From assembly GCA_051294375.1 (NCBI GenBank), contig CM119266.1, positions 21,705,875 through 21,769,874 of the forward strand: a DNA stretch of 64,000 nt. The letters run 5' to 3'. The position numbers were made by a program, and so were the translations under genes. The notes beneath the pieces are model-generated. The model was not told the DNA's origin and made no database searches. It was given only the letters and a program-made list of their open reading frames with translations. Below are positions 1-13,700 of this stretch, piece by piece (the first letter of the stretch is position 1; every line of letters begins with the position of its first letter). The stretch is from Paraspadella gotoi. Lineage: Eukaryota > Animalia > Chaetognatha.

Positions 1-3000
1 ACCATAACCTGTACCATAACCAGTTTGGTTAAAACCCTGAAAAAAAAAGTTGATCAATTGATATTGCTGAATAAACATGCAATTATGAGAGGGATGGGAG
101 CGAGGAGAGTGTGTTAACCTTATTACCATAGCTCTGATATTGTTGAAAGGAACTCCTTTTAACCTGTAGCGACAAAAACAAGTTTGTTGGGATGGGGATG
201 ATTCGTGACAAAGGAAAGTTTAAATTTGCGACCAACATGAGCTTATTAAATTAAAAATCCGCAGTTCTGACCACATGTACATAATCGTCTGGACTTGGTA
301 TTTCTCGGCATGGAATCCTTTCATAGACAAGGTTTTCTTCAAGTCACTTTGATGAGACGACTGACTGTTGATTCATAATGGTTTTAGAAGCTGTCGTAAA
401 GGGTTTTAATTACCGGAGTTTGCGGTTTCTTGAGTTGGCCTTTGACCTTGAGCATGTCACGGTTCATGGACCTTGACTTGTTGGAACATCCATAGATCAG
501 GCCGAGGAAGAATTTGCTGACACATCCAGATTCTCAACCTCTGCACATCTGACCGAAAATAAGCCATCTAGGATAACATTTTGGTAGCATTATAACAAGC
601 AGGATATCAGGTGATACTGATAGCGACATCGGGTAAAACTTGTCAATTAGAAATAAACACATTCCAAATTACTAGGGAATAAAATTAGAAAAAGATTTAA
701 CTTGGCTAGCTATCTACATTTGGACATAACCGACATGTAAATAGAGGATATTTGTACAAACTTTACAGTTGACACCCTGGAGGAAAGGCTGTCACAATCA
801 GCAAGTACACTCCGGCGTAAAAAAAAAGTAACCACTTTTTTCACACAAATAAAACCATATTGGATAACCGAATTTTATTAAGATATAAACAAATGAAGAA
901 ACTATATGGAAAAACAATATTTTTATAATAAGAAAAAAAACAGTTAAATGATAACTTACCCTCTTGTATTAAAACAGACCCTTACAAATATATTAAAACT
1001 TAATAATTTATATTCTGTCATAAAATTATTATTTGAATTAAATATTATTAAAAAAGTTTTTAAGAATTAATATTAAAATATACTTTTTAACAACAATTTT
1101 ATTTTGATACTCTGACTTAAAAGTATTACTATATTGCATTGCCTAAACCAATTAAAAATTGTTTATACCAATTGATAGCTCTTTAAAAAAGCTATAATTT
1201 TTATAATTGTTTTTAATTAAAAAAAGAAAAGGGATGTATTTGAAGATAGCAAGTGCCTACTTTTTTTTGCGCCGCAGTGTAGAGAATAAAAGAAACAACT
1301 TGCTTATATTTTTCACCGGACAAAACAAGTTCAAACTTTAAAAAAATTTAGAACCCGTCATCCTTTATTCTGCAAAGAAATCTTAAAACCTACAAACTAC
1401 TCCAAAAATTTCAACCGCATAAAGGACCATTTCCCCCGTCTCCCTTCATATCACTAAGAATTACTGCGGCAGAAAATCAAATAATGCTGAAAATTTATTC
1501 ACCTTAGTAGATTATGGATTAGCCACAGGAGCCTGCCATCCGTCAAAACTCAAAATAAGCCCATTCTGTCCGAATCAACTGGTTTAGTTTTTTTAATGCT
1601 TGTAGCTACCAAAATGTATCCAAAAATAGCTCCTCGGTCAATTGGTAAAACCGGCGCAAAGAAAAACATTTGTATGTATTGTATTAATAAATCGTTAGGA
1701 AATTTCTCGACTATGTTGGGACAATTTCGAACATTCTGTAAATATCATTACTGATAGCAAGTTTCAAGTATCAATGAATGCAGCGAAAATAGGTTATCAA
1801 GAAACCGTCATAAATAGGGCCCAGTCGTATTACTGATAACATTTGACGACATAACAACATCAGTTTTTGATCGTTCTCTTCTTATCTCTTAACACGAAAA
1901 ATTTATTTAAAAAAGTTTATTACCTGATAGTTTTGGTGACTATAATTCGACCAGTTTTGTGGTTGGAACTGCTGTCCGTAATTGTTAAAACCAGAACCTT
2001 GGCCTTGAAACTGGGAATGGCTCGGAAATTGACCGCCTAACAACAATAATAATCATTATAATACGTGATTCCAAAATTGTGAATTCATCAAAAACTGGAA
2101 ATTTCTTTACCTCCTCTTTGTGATCGGTTATCTCTGAAACGATCGAATCCACCGCGTCCGCCTCGATCTGTTTTTAATAAATTCAAAAGAATGTATTGAT
2201 TAAAGTCAAACTCATACAATACGAGACGCTCTTTTCGCAGATTTTATAAAGGAACTAACCAAAGGAGCCGCGGTTGAATCCTCCGCGGTGAAAGTCCCCA
2301 CGACCTCGAAAATCCCTCCCACCTCTGGTTCCGAAACCGGAGCCTCTAAAGTCACGACGATCGTCGAATCTGTTGCTGAAAGAGACAAGGTGCGAACAGG
2401 ATTGCATTAAGTCACGGAAATGAAAGAACGATGCGCCTTTGCAACAGTCGTCCCGTTCGTACCCGAAGTTTCTGTTCCATCCACGGTCGTTTCTGCCTCG
2501 GAAATCCGAACGACCACCAAAGTTGGGAAGCCGCGGGATGTCGGAAGGCGCCGACTTGGCCTCGGTCCTGTATCTGGCGGAGGGAAATCGTGTGATCGAA
2601 TCATTATCATGATTATGATTAACACTATTATAGAAATTTAGAAAAATATGGGCGAAGTTATCTACTTTTCGATGAGCTCCTCGGCTTTTTCGCGATCGGC
2701 GACGCCGGCGAACAAGACTTCGTCGAAGACGGTATCCCCTTCTCCAGCTTTGGGAATGTTGAAGTTTATTTTAATCTCGTTCATGATACCACGCGGAACG
2801 CTGGATCCTTGTACTTCTAGCGTCTCGAGACGAGTCTACGTCAGGGTAAGAAAAAAGTGTCATAATAATTCGCAAATCGTCACGATTTATAACCAACACC
2901 ACACCTTAAACTCTTCTTCCTCTGGAAGGATAACGATTGCTTTGCGTTTGAAACCTTCGAAAGGTGTCATTTTACGACGTTGATTCAATTCGTATCTGCC

Positions 3001-6000
3001 CATCGAATAAAAAACATCAGTCCAATAACATTTTGTAACTTCGGGAAAAAGGTCTACAGTAGTTCTTAGCAAAAGACGCTGAACTCACGTGTTGGATTTT
3101 TCTTCGATTATATAGTTGCGCCTCTTCCTAGGAGCCATTTCTAGCAACCTGGCCAAACACTTGTTAGCCTTGTCTTGGAAGGACTCCTTGATGCCTTGAG
3201 TAAAACGCCGGTCGCGCACGAACGTGAAGTCGCGGGGGTTGCGGTCCACGCCGGCCGACGTCATCCGCTTGAACATTTCCGACGTCGATAAGACGTTGTA
3301 CCGCAAGGGCTCGGCCTCGCCGGCCACGAAATCCGACACCCACGTTGTTTTGCCTTAAGTGCGGAACAAAACTAAAGAATCAGTCAACGTCGATATTATT
3401 TTTAACTGAATTAGCTATGAAATACTACAACTTAGTTTCATACTGAATGTTTTTCCCTAATAAAGATTTTGACTTTCTTGTTACTCTGACCTGCAAATGG
3501 AAGGCCGACCAGGTAGATGACGGAGCAATCACTCTTTTCCTTTGGCGGTAGAGGGGAGCGAACTCGATCCTCTACGGGCAAACAATGAATGAATTGGAAG
3601 CCCTCGGGAGCGGGAAAAGCCGGATCTTTCTGGCCAAAATTGACTTCCACTCGGACATTCTGAGGGCAAGGAGGAGATTGAAGTTAGAGGCTGATGGCCT
3701 TTTGAATTTCACCAAACTGACCTTTAAAAGTACGTGAGGGAAAACAGGAAATCCGTGTGGAAAAGCGCAGGGTTTGGGGGGCTTCATCAGCGGAGTGACC
3801 GATTTGGAGAATCTCGATCGCGGATCTTGCGAAGCTAGCGTAAGCAAATTTAAGCTACAAATATGTTTAGGTAAATTATAACCAGTAAGTCAATAGACTT
3901 TACCCGGAAGTGGAGATTCCTCTTTTTTAGATGTCATTACTGGTTGGACTTTCTCATCTTCGTCGTCTTTGTTTTCTTTCTCTTTTTCTGCTACATTGTC
4001 TTTCTCGACCTAACAGAAAAACGGGCAATCGCGTTAATACTTAGTAATAGTTTTGCTGACAAAAATGTTTTACTGACCTGCAGGGAATCTTTGCTCTCAT
4101 CAAGGGGTTTTGCTTCGACAACTTCCTTAGAATCATCCGCAGCGACCTCCGACGCTTCTTCGACGTCTTTTTTTTCCATCTCATTCCCCTCTTCGTCTGT
4201 CGACTCTTTCGCAGTCTCATCCAAGGTTTTATCTGTGGATTCTTCTTCTTCTTTCGATTGCGTCTCTTCTTTTTGTTGCTCCTCGACTTTCTCTTTGCAC
4301 TCTTCTTCACCCTCCTTGACTTCTTCGCTGACCCCATTTACCGCCTTCTCGGTCTTCTCGCTCTCTTTAGACTCTCCATCTAATTTAGACTTCATCTCCT
4401 CGTCTTTAGCCTCTTCTGTCTTCTCTTCATCTTTGGCTTTCTCTTCCTCTTCTTCCTCTTCCGATTCTGGATCAACTTCGGGAATTTCAAAAACCGTCTT
4501 TAAATCTTCGCCGTTGACAAGAAATGAAATGATGCGAGGGGAAGCGTCGAGATCTAGGCAAGCGGTCAACACATCGTTGACGGCCAAAGGCGTTTCCAAA
4601 CAGTTCTGATCGGGGGAGAAAATGGTTACGACTTTAAAATTAGTTAGTGGATGAGTTGGTTAACTGATCGTTACCTCAAAATATTTTTGAGTACATTTCT
4701 TGCCGGACATGGTAAGGGCATAAGAGTGTTTGTCCTCGCCAAGCTGATTATTGGCTGATGACGCAGAAAATCCGATCCTTAATGAATTTAAAATGTGAAC
4801 GGCGTTATTAATTAGCGAAAAGAATTCGTATTGATAATTAACCTGATATCGTTAAGATTAATTTCAGGTTGGCGTCCAGCGGAGGTCGCTTGGGGAGCCG
4901 CAATGATTTCCGCGATTTTCACTTCAAAGCAGATTTTACCAGAAGTAACGCCCCAAGAAGATCGAGAGCCTTCGAAAACGTCGAAAAAGCCATTTTAAAA
5001 ACAAGCTTAAATGCGGGGAAGAAAGTTATCGTTCAACTTTTTATCATCATTTACCGGCATACATATAAGCCATTGCCTCAGACGAAATAGACTTGGCACC
5101 GAGTCCGTCTTTCTCAACAACCAGATTCATGTCGCACAAATATTTATCCAAGATGACGTCGTTAGGGTCGACTTCATCTGGATCTTCGTCGGGTAACGTT
5201 TCCCTTTTGACGATTCGTTAAAATATTCGTGATTTCGTAAATATTTCAATCGGAAACGAGTTATGGTAACTTACCGAACGTAACGTCTGTAACGAAATTC
5301 TCCGCCCTGGGAATCGGAAGACGCATTGTTCTCGTTTTCTTTTTTGGTTTCGGAATTAACTTCGTTTTTGTTTTCGACTTTGTCGGCGTCGCCGTCTCCA
5401 TCCTTCGCTTCGTCATTCGCTTCGTCATTCGCTTCGTCATTCGCTTCGTCATTCGCTTCGTCATTCGCTTCGTCATTCGCTTCGAGTTTTTTCTCTTCTT
5501 TTTCTTCGACTTTCTCTTCGACTTCGGATTCGTTCTCAGGTTTTTCCTTCTTTTCGTCTTTCGGATCGTTCATTTCATCGCTTTTGTCTTTGACTTCTTC
5601 TTCGTCTTGAGTCGCGACTTCTTTCTCTTTTAAGTCTTCGATATCTTTTTCCTTGAGCTCGTCCGACTTTCCCCTCTTTGGCCGAGGTGAAACCGTTTTG
5701 GAAGCGTCCTCCGCTTCGCCCTTTAAGAAATGGGTAAAGGTGTGCAATTCATTCGATAGATGGCGATATATGGCGATAATTTACCTCAGATTTCCGTTTC
5801 CGCTTTCTTGGCGAATCGTCCTTTCCACACGTGGTCGCAACAATCGGAGTCACCAGAGGTTCTTCAACTAAAGTATATGGTTGTATTTGTTATCAACAAC
5901 TTTTACCAACTGTTTGGACAAAGTCAACCAATTTCCTTACCTTCCTGCATTGCGTCGTCCGTTTTGTCACTAAAAAAAAAAGAAAAGAATCATTAACTTC

Positions 6001-6720
6001 TATAATTATTAAAGCAAATAAAAATAAAATTCAATCTCATAATTCTACTGCAATATATTTACCATTTATCTGGAGTAGCGATGTTGACACTCGTGTCTTC
6101 CAAAATACTGTCGCTAATCATTGAAGGAGGCTCGACCTACATAGCACCGAAAAAAAACCCCGTCAAAATAAAGGAACATTAAAATGCGAGCAAAATGAAC
6201 CTATGAAATCTACAGTAATGTAAAATCGTGAAAAACAAGTAACAGGGAAATATAACAATCAAAATTCGAGTTTTTGTTAAACCTGCATCGATGAATTTGG
6301 ATCATCATCTTCATCGAGAAGCGCGTCTTCTTCCTCGGTTATAGCGCTCTCGTTCTGGGGCTCCGATTCTGGTGCATCTTCGATCGATTCTGCAGAATAC
6401 GGAAAAAATTAAACAAAATTTCATGCCACTCCAAAACGCGAATAATTGATAGAAACCTGTTGGAGCTTCCTCAGCTGAAACGTCGTTGGATTCGTCGGCA
6501 TTTTCTAAAAAAAATTTAATCAAAAATGTTAGTACAATTTGGTTTATCTTGAGCAAGAACAATGATAAAATAGAGCACAGTAAAAGACCTTACCAGCCAA
6601 CCAGATGCCCAGCCTTTCAATTAAGACTTGCTTGGTTCCACTAATCGGCAACCCACGTTCTTTTAACAGCGATTTCAGTTCAGGAACTTTCAGTTTGGTG
6701 ATATCCCCGAGATCACTCAT
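1..6720 (-). CDS. HNRNPUL1: hnRNP U / hnRNP U-like protein (SAP, acidic region, SPRY/B30.2, P-loop AAA_33, RGG, Q/Y/G-rich tail); multi-exon, 3' end runs off the window
   Basis: ATG at 6720 opens MSDLGDITKLKVPELKSLLKERGLPISGTKQVLIERL (SAP). Later exons give SPRY-like FPHVLLK..VEVNFGQ, Walker A VIYLVGLPFAG|KTTW split by an intron, ANKCLARLLEMAPRKRRNYI, RRKMTPFEGFKRKAIVILP, RGG repeats (RGGRDFRGRGDFHRGGFNRG) and GFNQTGYGTGYG at the window edge. The U versus UL1 assignment is nominal. Confidence 0.9.
808..1279. mobile_element. MITE (Tc1/mariner-type non-autonomous DNA transposon) in the long hnRNP U intron
   Basis: Imperfect TIRs CACTCCGGCGT(A)nGTAACCAC and GTGCCTAC(T)nGCGCCGCAGTG, each flanked by TA (806-807, 1280-1281); AT-rich non-coding interior. 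Confidence 0.8.
5405..5483 (-). repeat. 12-bp coding tandem repeat (about 6 copies) encoding (NDEA)n in the hnRNP U acidic region
   Basis: (TCGTCATTCGCT)n on the + strand; ORF 5271-5747 reads ANDEANDEANDEA. Confidence 0.9.
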
Positions 6721-7545
6721 TTTGAAAAGTTTTCAAAAAGTCACGTCATATGCTTAACCCTCTAAAAAATGATAACAAAATAAATATTCGTAGCAAGTGA
6801 ATTTCGGTAATTCAATGAACAAGGTCAAGCAGTCGAGTTTTTTTTCGTGGTCGAGACTTTAATAAGAAAATCACGAAAGCGAGTTGTAAGTTAGGCTCAT
6901 TTTGCAGAGCGATTTTAGGAGATCATCAAGAGCGAGGCCGCGTTCCATCTGAAAAACAAGAAGTTAGCCGATAATCACAAAGGTCAAGATTTTATTTTCG
7001 TGCCACGCCCTACTCCCAATGAGTTTGAATACTGAATAGTACAAAATGATAATCGAGCCGAAAAGATTGTTTCATTGTAATGTATCCTTGTACCTGGTTC
7101 AGTTGTAGCTGTCTTTGTTCCGTCGCGTTCCCGTATTTTGTTTCGTCTTCATTGTCAGAAGTTTATTGGTTCACGTCTAAAAGGCTTGTGGTCGTCTTGA
7201 CGTTTTCGTGATTTTCTGTTCATTCTTCGTCGTAAACGGTGTTCTTTTATGCGGTATCGTTTTTTTAATATGTTTGGTTTGTTTTCATCGTCGCACAACT
7301 TTTTGTACTTTCGTTATGATAAACATTATTACTGTGCTTTGAAACGTTGAAGGAAATATGAAATATATACATACTTGCACACAAAAAATCAGCAGTTTAC
7401 TTTAAACAGGACAAAAGAAGAATAAGGAATACTATACCACACAAAAATAATTACTAAAGAATCCCTTTTATACACAAGAACGGCTTACCCCAGTCTAATT
7501 AACCTTGAGGAAACTTCAAAACTATAGCAGAGCTAGTCTGAAGGA

Positions 7546-10027
7546 TTAAGTTTTACGTCGTTTGGCGTCTGATCCGCCCTCGTGCGGTTTTTCTTCGTCG
7601 GCTTCGATGACCTAGTGACGATTGCAAGTACATATTAAGTGTATATTAAGTAATTATTTTACTAGAAGAGCTTTCCCCCACCCTCTTTTATTTTACCTTG
7701 AGTCTGCAGCCCGCGATCTCCGCTCCATTGAGTGTCTTGCGACAATCGTCGGCCGCCTGTCTTGAGTCGAACTTTGCGTAGCCGACAGTTTTGCCGGGTA
7801 ATGTGTAGACGTCGATGAGGGCGCCGAAGCGGCAGAACGCGTCTTCCAAGATAGGGCTCGTCAAAGCGCGAGGGGAGCAGATCAAGAAAAGGCGGGCCTT
7901 GTATTGGCGTCCGCTCTCCTTGTCGCCGTGAGGTTGCGGAACTGAGGAGTGAGAAGGGAAAGTTGGTTGTGTTAACACGGCTTCAAAAATACACATCCGA
8001 GGAAAAATGTATTAAAATATCTAAGTTAATTTCCACGCATCTGCTATTTTAAAGTAAATAAGTTCAAGGCGTCAATTACCCATTGGCTTCTTAGAGGGAA
8101 GCTCAACGCTGCACGGGTAGAAAGGCAGATCCATAGATTTTCCCGATCCGTGAGGATCAGGAATGTACTTCGCAACGATCCGACTTCCTAAAATAAGATT
8201 TCAGTTATTTCTCCTATTTCTGAAGCTAAATATCAAAAATACGTTTACCGGGAGGATATTCGAAACCATTCAGCTTCTTATGAGCGTATTGAGACCAATT
8301 TAGGGAGTTGAAAGATACATTTGCCACTCCTGGTGAAGTCATATCACATCTGTAAAACAATATAAACGAATTATTTTCGGATGACAAAAGTTAAGTAACT
8401 TAAGAATCTAACGGTGGGGCATCTTATATTATTATTTATTATTATTTATTATTTATTATTATTTATTTTTTCTTGGGTCGGACCTTTTAAATCCGGGAAT
8501 AATTTCGCAGAGAAAAGTAAGGTTCCTCTCGTCGATGTCTTGAGCGCATAAGAGGCGCAGAGAACAGGTCGCATCAGGATCGGACGGAGGGTGGGCCACG
8601 TCGGGCGGGAGGAGACCCAGCAAGCCGGCGGGGCTGTTAGGCAAGTATTCCAGACCCATGCAGTTTGGGTCACCACCACCATGATATCCTCCCGTGGAAC
8701 CGGGCAGGCCACCCCCGCCATCTGAACGGGGCCCGGGACCGCGTCCGCCGAATCCTCGGGAACCCCCGGTGTCGCGCGACTCAGCGAAGACGGCGCGAAA
8801 GGTTTGATCGCACTCTTCGAGGGCATAAGCGGCGTCGTAGAAGCGAAAGAACTTTACGTAAGCCACGCCTTAATTGAAAACGCATTTGCGTAAGATTAGG
8901 TTTTCTAAACCAAATAGTACCATACGATTTCTTCGTACCTTTCGGCTTGTTCGTCGCTCGGTCTTTGATCATGTTTATGTATTCGATTGAACCAAATTTG
9001 GAAAAACTTTCTTTGATGTCATCCTCGGTGAAATCGACTGGAACCTAGCCAAGAGAATTTTCATTTTATGAAAACAAAGAAATGAAAAATTATTTATGTC
9101 CACCGACGCTTACCCTTATGAATAAGCGAACCAATTCTTCCTCAGAAACCGAGTCCTTTCCAGTTCCGTATTTGGTGGCAACCATTACTTTCAATGGTTT
9201 GGGCGAACTAGGCAAAACCTGATTACCGTAAATGTTTTTACGTAGCTTCTTGTATAAAAAGACATTTTTCGCTAAACTAAACTGCAATTTCTTACTTTTC
9301 CGTTTAATCCCTCGATTGCCTTGGCTGCTTCAGAAGCTTTTGAAAACTTAACGAAAGCGATTCCCGTCAAAGATTCCTTGTCGCCGCGTTTTTTGACCTA
9401 AACAGTTTCATAGATGAGCAGGGGTTAAATTGACGTTCCGTCCTGCTGAAAAATTAAAGAATTGAGCAGGCACCATTCTAACGTCCTCCACATTTCCGTA
9501 GTCCTTGAAAGCCTTCCTTAATTCATCTTCGTCGATGCTCGATCCGTGAACGATGAAGAGACGAGAGTGAGTCACATCGTCTCGATCGCGATTTCCTTTA
9601 AGTAAATTTTATAGAGATTCAACTCCGCGGATTTAGTATTAAACATTTGAAGCTTACCGTAACGACTTTCGTATCGGTAATGACCGTCGTCCCTACTTCT
9701 TTCTTTTCCTCGGACGTAAGAACTGGGTGGATGAGAACTGAAATAGAAGAAAAACGTTTGGTTAGACTCAGTTTTAACAAACAAACGTCAATAATTTTCA
9801 TTTTTTTTAATTACGTGTAAACGTCGCGGGGATATGAATCTTTATAATAACCATTTCCGTATGGATCGCTTGAGTGCCTGGAACTGTTTTAACCATCAGG
9901 CTTATTTTCAAAAAACAACTTCGACAGAGGTAACAACTGAAAACTGAAAAGTTTCGTAAATTTACCTCGAATATCGATAGTCCCCTTCGTAGTCGTATTT
10001 TGGCGGCGAATGTGGATAACCTGACAT
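7546..10027 (-). CDS. RBM45: RNA-binding protein 45 (multi-RRM), multi-exon
   Basis: ATG 10027 (MSGYPHSPPKY). RRM1 HSRLFIVHG..GIAFVKFSKASEAAKAIEGLNG..KPLKVMVA; RRM2 EEELVRLFI..FTEDDIKESFSKFGSIEY..AYVKFFRFYDAAYALEECDQTFRAVFAE; YAHKKLNGFEYPPG; last RRM RLFLICSP..LEDAFCRFGALIDVY..GYAKF; basic end AKRRKT*. Confidence 0.92.
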
Positions 10028-10733
10028 GGTTTTACTTGTTTTCAATCTAAAAATAATATGAGGTAATAAAGTAATTAGCTATAGCAAATAGCAAACACAA
10101 AATATAACTTGTAAAAAAGTATACGGAATGTAATGAAAAAAATATAGCTAACAATTTCGTTATTTGTTATTGAACAAATGTTAAGCGAATTTAGAAAAGA
10201 ATGTTCGGTTATTCAATGAAACAAACGGTCTACTAAGTCATGAACGCTCAACGACATGTTAATAATTTAGTAAGAATCAATAAAATTAGTCACTTAAATT
10301 ATACAGTGGTTCATGAAGACACTAAGAAATTCTGTAAATATTGTAAGTAAGCGATAACTAAACAGGAATAGTAATAAAAATACTGATTTACGAGTCTTAA
10401 CTATCAAAAATACTGTCATAAAGTACTGTTGTCTACAAACAGAATCTTTAAAGCAAGGAATATTTTATCGAAAGGCACTAGCTGTCCAATTCCAATTTCA
10501 GCCTCAGAAAATCCGTATTTCTTTCAAAGGCACGACGCGTCGATCTTAACTGCAGTTAAGATGAAATCATACGAAATAATAGTTGTAACGAGGATCATTC
10601 ACGGCTTTATTTTGATGCCATACATTTTTCTTGCTGTTAAGCCCATCATTTGGTTCCACTGGAGTTAACAAAGCTCCTAAATTATAAAAAAGTAGAGGCA
10701 ATAAATCAATGTTACTTAGAGGGGTATCAATAT

Positions 10734-13700
10734 TCATTGGAAATACCAATTGGTTTTACCTTGCGCCTCTTGAAGAATTCTCATTCTGGGTCCCATTGGA
10801 ATGCCAAGACGTTGCAATCTTTCTTCACTAATATAAGGCAACTCTACCATGCCTATTTTTTCTTCTTCGAATTGCCGCAAGTAGCGTTCGTAACCCAGCT
10901 TTTGTAAAAACAATCCCAGTAAGGGTGGTTCCTCTCCAAAGAACTTTGTCAATTTGTGGACCCTTTAAAGATATTAAAAAAAATGACGTAAATTATGAAT
11001 TGTACTGTATATACATTACACTATATATACAAACCTGTGCGGATTTGCCAGTGAAGCAACCCAAGTAGATGTCGACCTTTCGTTTGAGCTCAGAAGCAAT
11101 TTTTTCTCTGGTTCAATTTCGTGCGATTTCATTTCCTTAAAATTTAACAAACAAATAAAGTAATATCCTTATACAACTTAAACCTGTCATCCCTTTCACC
11201 TCACCATCAAAGTTTGTTTAATGGCCTCGATATCTTGACACAACAAGTGCTGCGAACGAAGTTCCGACGATAAATGAGCGACGGACCTGGCTAAAGTCAC
11301 AACGTGACCTTCGAGCCTCGCCAGTCGCTTCAGACTTTTGTGGTGCAACCTCGTAGCCCTAACGTCATCGTCGCTCCCGGCGGATTCGCCGCCGCTCTTT
11401 CCCCCGCTTCCGATCAAATCCTTAACGTTTTTGTAAATTGTCTCCATGGCTACGAGCTGTTGTCGCAAAACAGCGCTTTCTTCATTGGAAGGGAGGCGGG
11501 AATCGATGGTGGCACCTCCGACGGAGGAATCGTCTGCAGTCGTCTCGTCACCGGGTTCGAATCCCGGTCGTGGTAATATTTTTTTTAAATCGATTCTGTC
11601 TGGCAGCAAGTGAGAAGAGTGACGGGTGGCGGAGGAGCCCGGGTTACGAGAACGGTCGTTTTTTAGCTCAGAACCTGTTATAAGTAGATAGAGTAAAGAT
11701 TAATCAAAAGAATGAATGATTTTTTTTTCATTTGAGCAGTACGAGTAAGAGAACCTTGAAGCAAATCCGGAGGCGGTCCTTTATTGATAGTCTCATGAAC
11801 GAAGGAACTTTCCACAGCGCGATTGTTTTTTCGCGAAGGTTTGGACGAACGGTTATCAAGCGACTGACGCCCGTTCGGCGGATGGGCGTAATGAGGAATT
11901 TCAATTGGAGGATTTCTAAGTAATAAAAACAAAACGAGTTGAGCAAAGTGAACCGGATTTTTCGTCGGTTGACTTCGAAAATCACCTGTCGAGATTTGGC
12001 GATTCTGGAGGAGTATCCCCGGGGGACAATGGTGGCAGCGGTGGAGTTACCGAAGACCCCACAGAACTGACATAAGTAACAAAACATTGAAGGATATAAC
12101 TTTAATATTGGTTACAAATTTTTGGCAAATCTGCCAATTCATAAACAAGGAAATATTAACATATTAACATTCCGAAGACGAAAACTAACCTCGGAGACGG
12201 AGGATATAATCTAAACGCTTCTTCCATCTGATGGTCAAGGCAGTTAAGAGAACTGGCGCTCGAGCCACCGGTGCTTCCCAAACTGCCCCGAAACCGAGGA
12301 CCTCCAAAACTATCCAAGCCTTCGAAGCGAAATTGATTATCGTCGACGCGGTGTGAGCGCTTCGACTTTTTTTGATTCTCGCGAGTATGGCCAGAGCTTG
12401 TGGGCTGTATGTCCATCGGCTGGGATCTAGATTTATAAAATAGAATGTAATTATATGTAGATTGGCCTTAAAATCAAATAGTTACTGTTTGATCGATCTT
12501 TGTCGTATATCCCCGGAAGACTCCTCGAAAGTCATCGTTGGAGCAGTCAGGGTCGTGTTTACAGTTATGTCCAGCGACGACGCAGTGGCGTCTACGCCGT
12601 AAGACGTCTCGTTGGTCGTCGTTTGTAAGTTTCCATTGACGTCCGCGTCGCCACGATGACGATGAGCGTGATTCTCCAAAGCGGACGGAACGTAACCCGA
12701 ATTTTCTTTTAGGAAAAACCAATTAGCGGAGCGTTATCTTTCATCATATGGAAAAAATTATTCAATATTCATGCTAAATAAACCTGCAGTTGTATAATCA
12801 AGGTGAAAGCGCGTGGAATTATGTGCGTGTTCCACCAACGATTCTTCACTGTTGCCTTTCAGTAAATCTTTTAACTGCTCCTCCATTGACGGGAAAGACG
12901 TGCTGGGTTTGGCCGATGGCCGCGATTTTGAAGACAATTGCAATTTAGATTCGAGAACGTTTGGGGCGCTTACGTTTTGCTTTCCTGTGAAGAAATAAAA
13001 AAATGTTGGATGCGAAAAAATTGAAAATTAGATTTTCAGCATTAACCTTTGAAGTCGTTAGTCAGCAAGTTTTGTTTTAATCTCATCTTTCTTTGCTCTA
13101 CAGACATTTTTGACATCTGTGTGCAAGACACTGATGGAACTCGAGAGACGTTAGTTGTTCCTGAACAAAGAGATAATTAGGTTTATTAATTATGATTTTA
13201 TAAATTAAATAATATGTAATAATATGTAATAATATAATTAAAAAATATGTACCGAAAATATACCTTTTTGATTTATCCCAGGGGTAAGATCTAGCATGGT
13301 TCCCGGCAACATATCCAATGAAGAATTCGTCGTGTAACCGCCTCCTGAAAATAAGCATTTGACGGAAAATAGTGCAACATAAAAAAAAAAATTTAAAGTA
13401 AAGGGAATTACCTAACGTTGTTGAATTTCTTGCTCCATAGAAAGAACTTGTGTTATTGTCTTTGTTAAAGGTAAAGTTGGAATCGGTCAAAGCAGATGCG
13501 TGAATGGAAGAATTTTGAGACATGGACGGATTTGAAGATAAATAGGACGCTGTAAAAAAATGGATAATAATGATTAATGAAAATAATAATTTAAGGAGAA
13601 ATTTGAAATTTAATTACTCATAAAGTCTTTGGTAATTACCGGAATGATTAAAAGATTCAGAAGGTAGATGGGACCCTCCTAAAGAGGAGGAAGACATCAT

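Noticed and set aside
3944-4609. Ser/Phe-rich + strand ORFs (also 5326-5610)
   Set aside because: Antisense shadows of the acidic hnRNP U exons.
5405-5483. CRISPR-like array
   Set aside because: Spacerless in-frame coding repeat in a eukaryotic gene.
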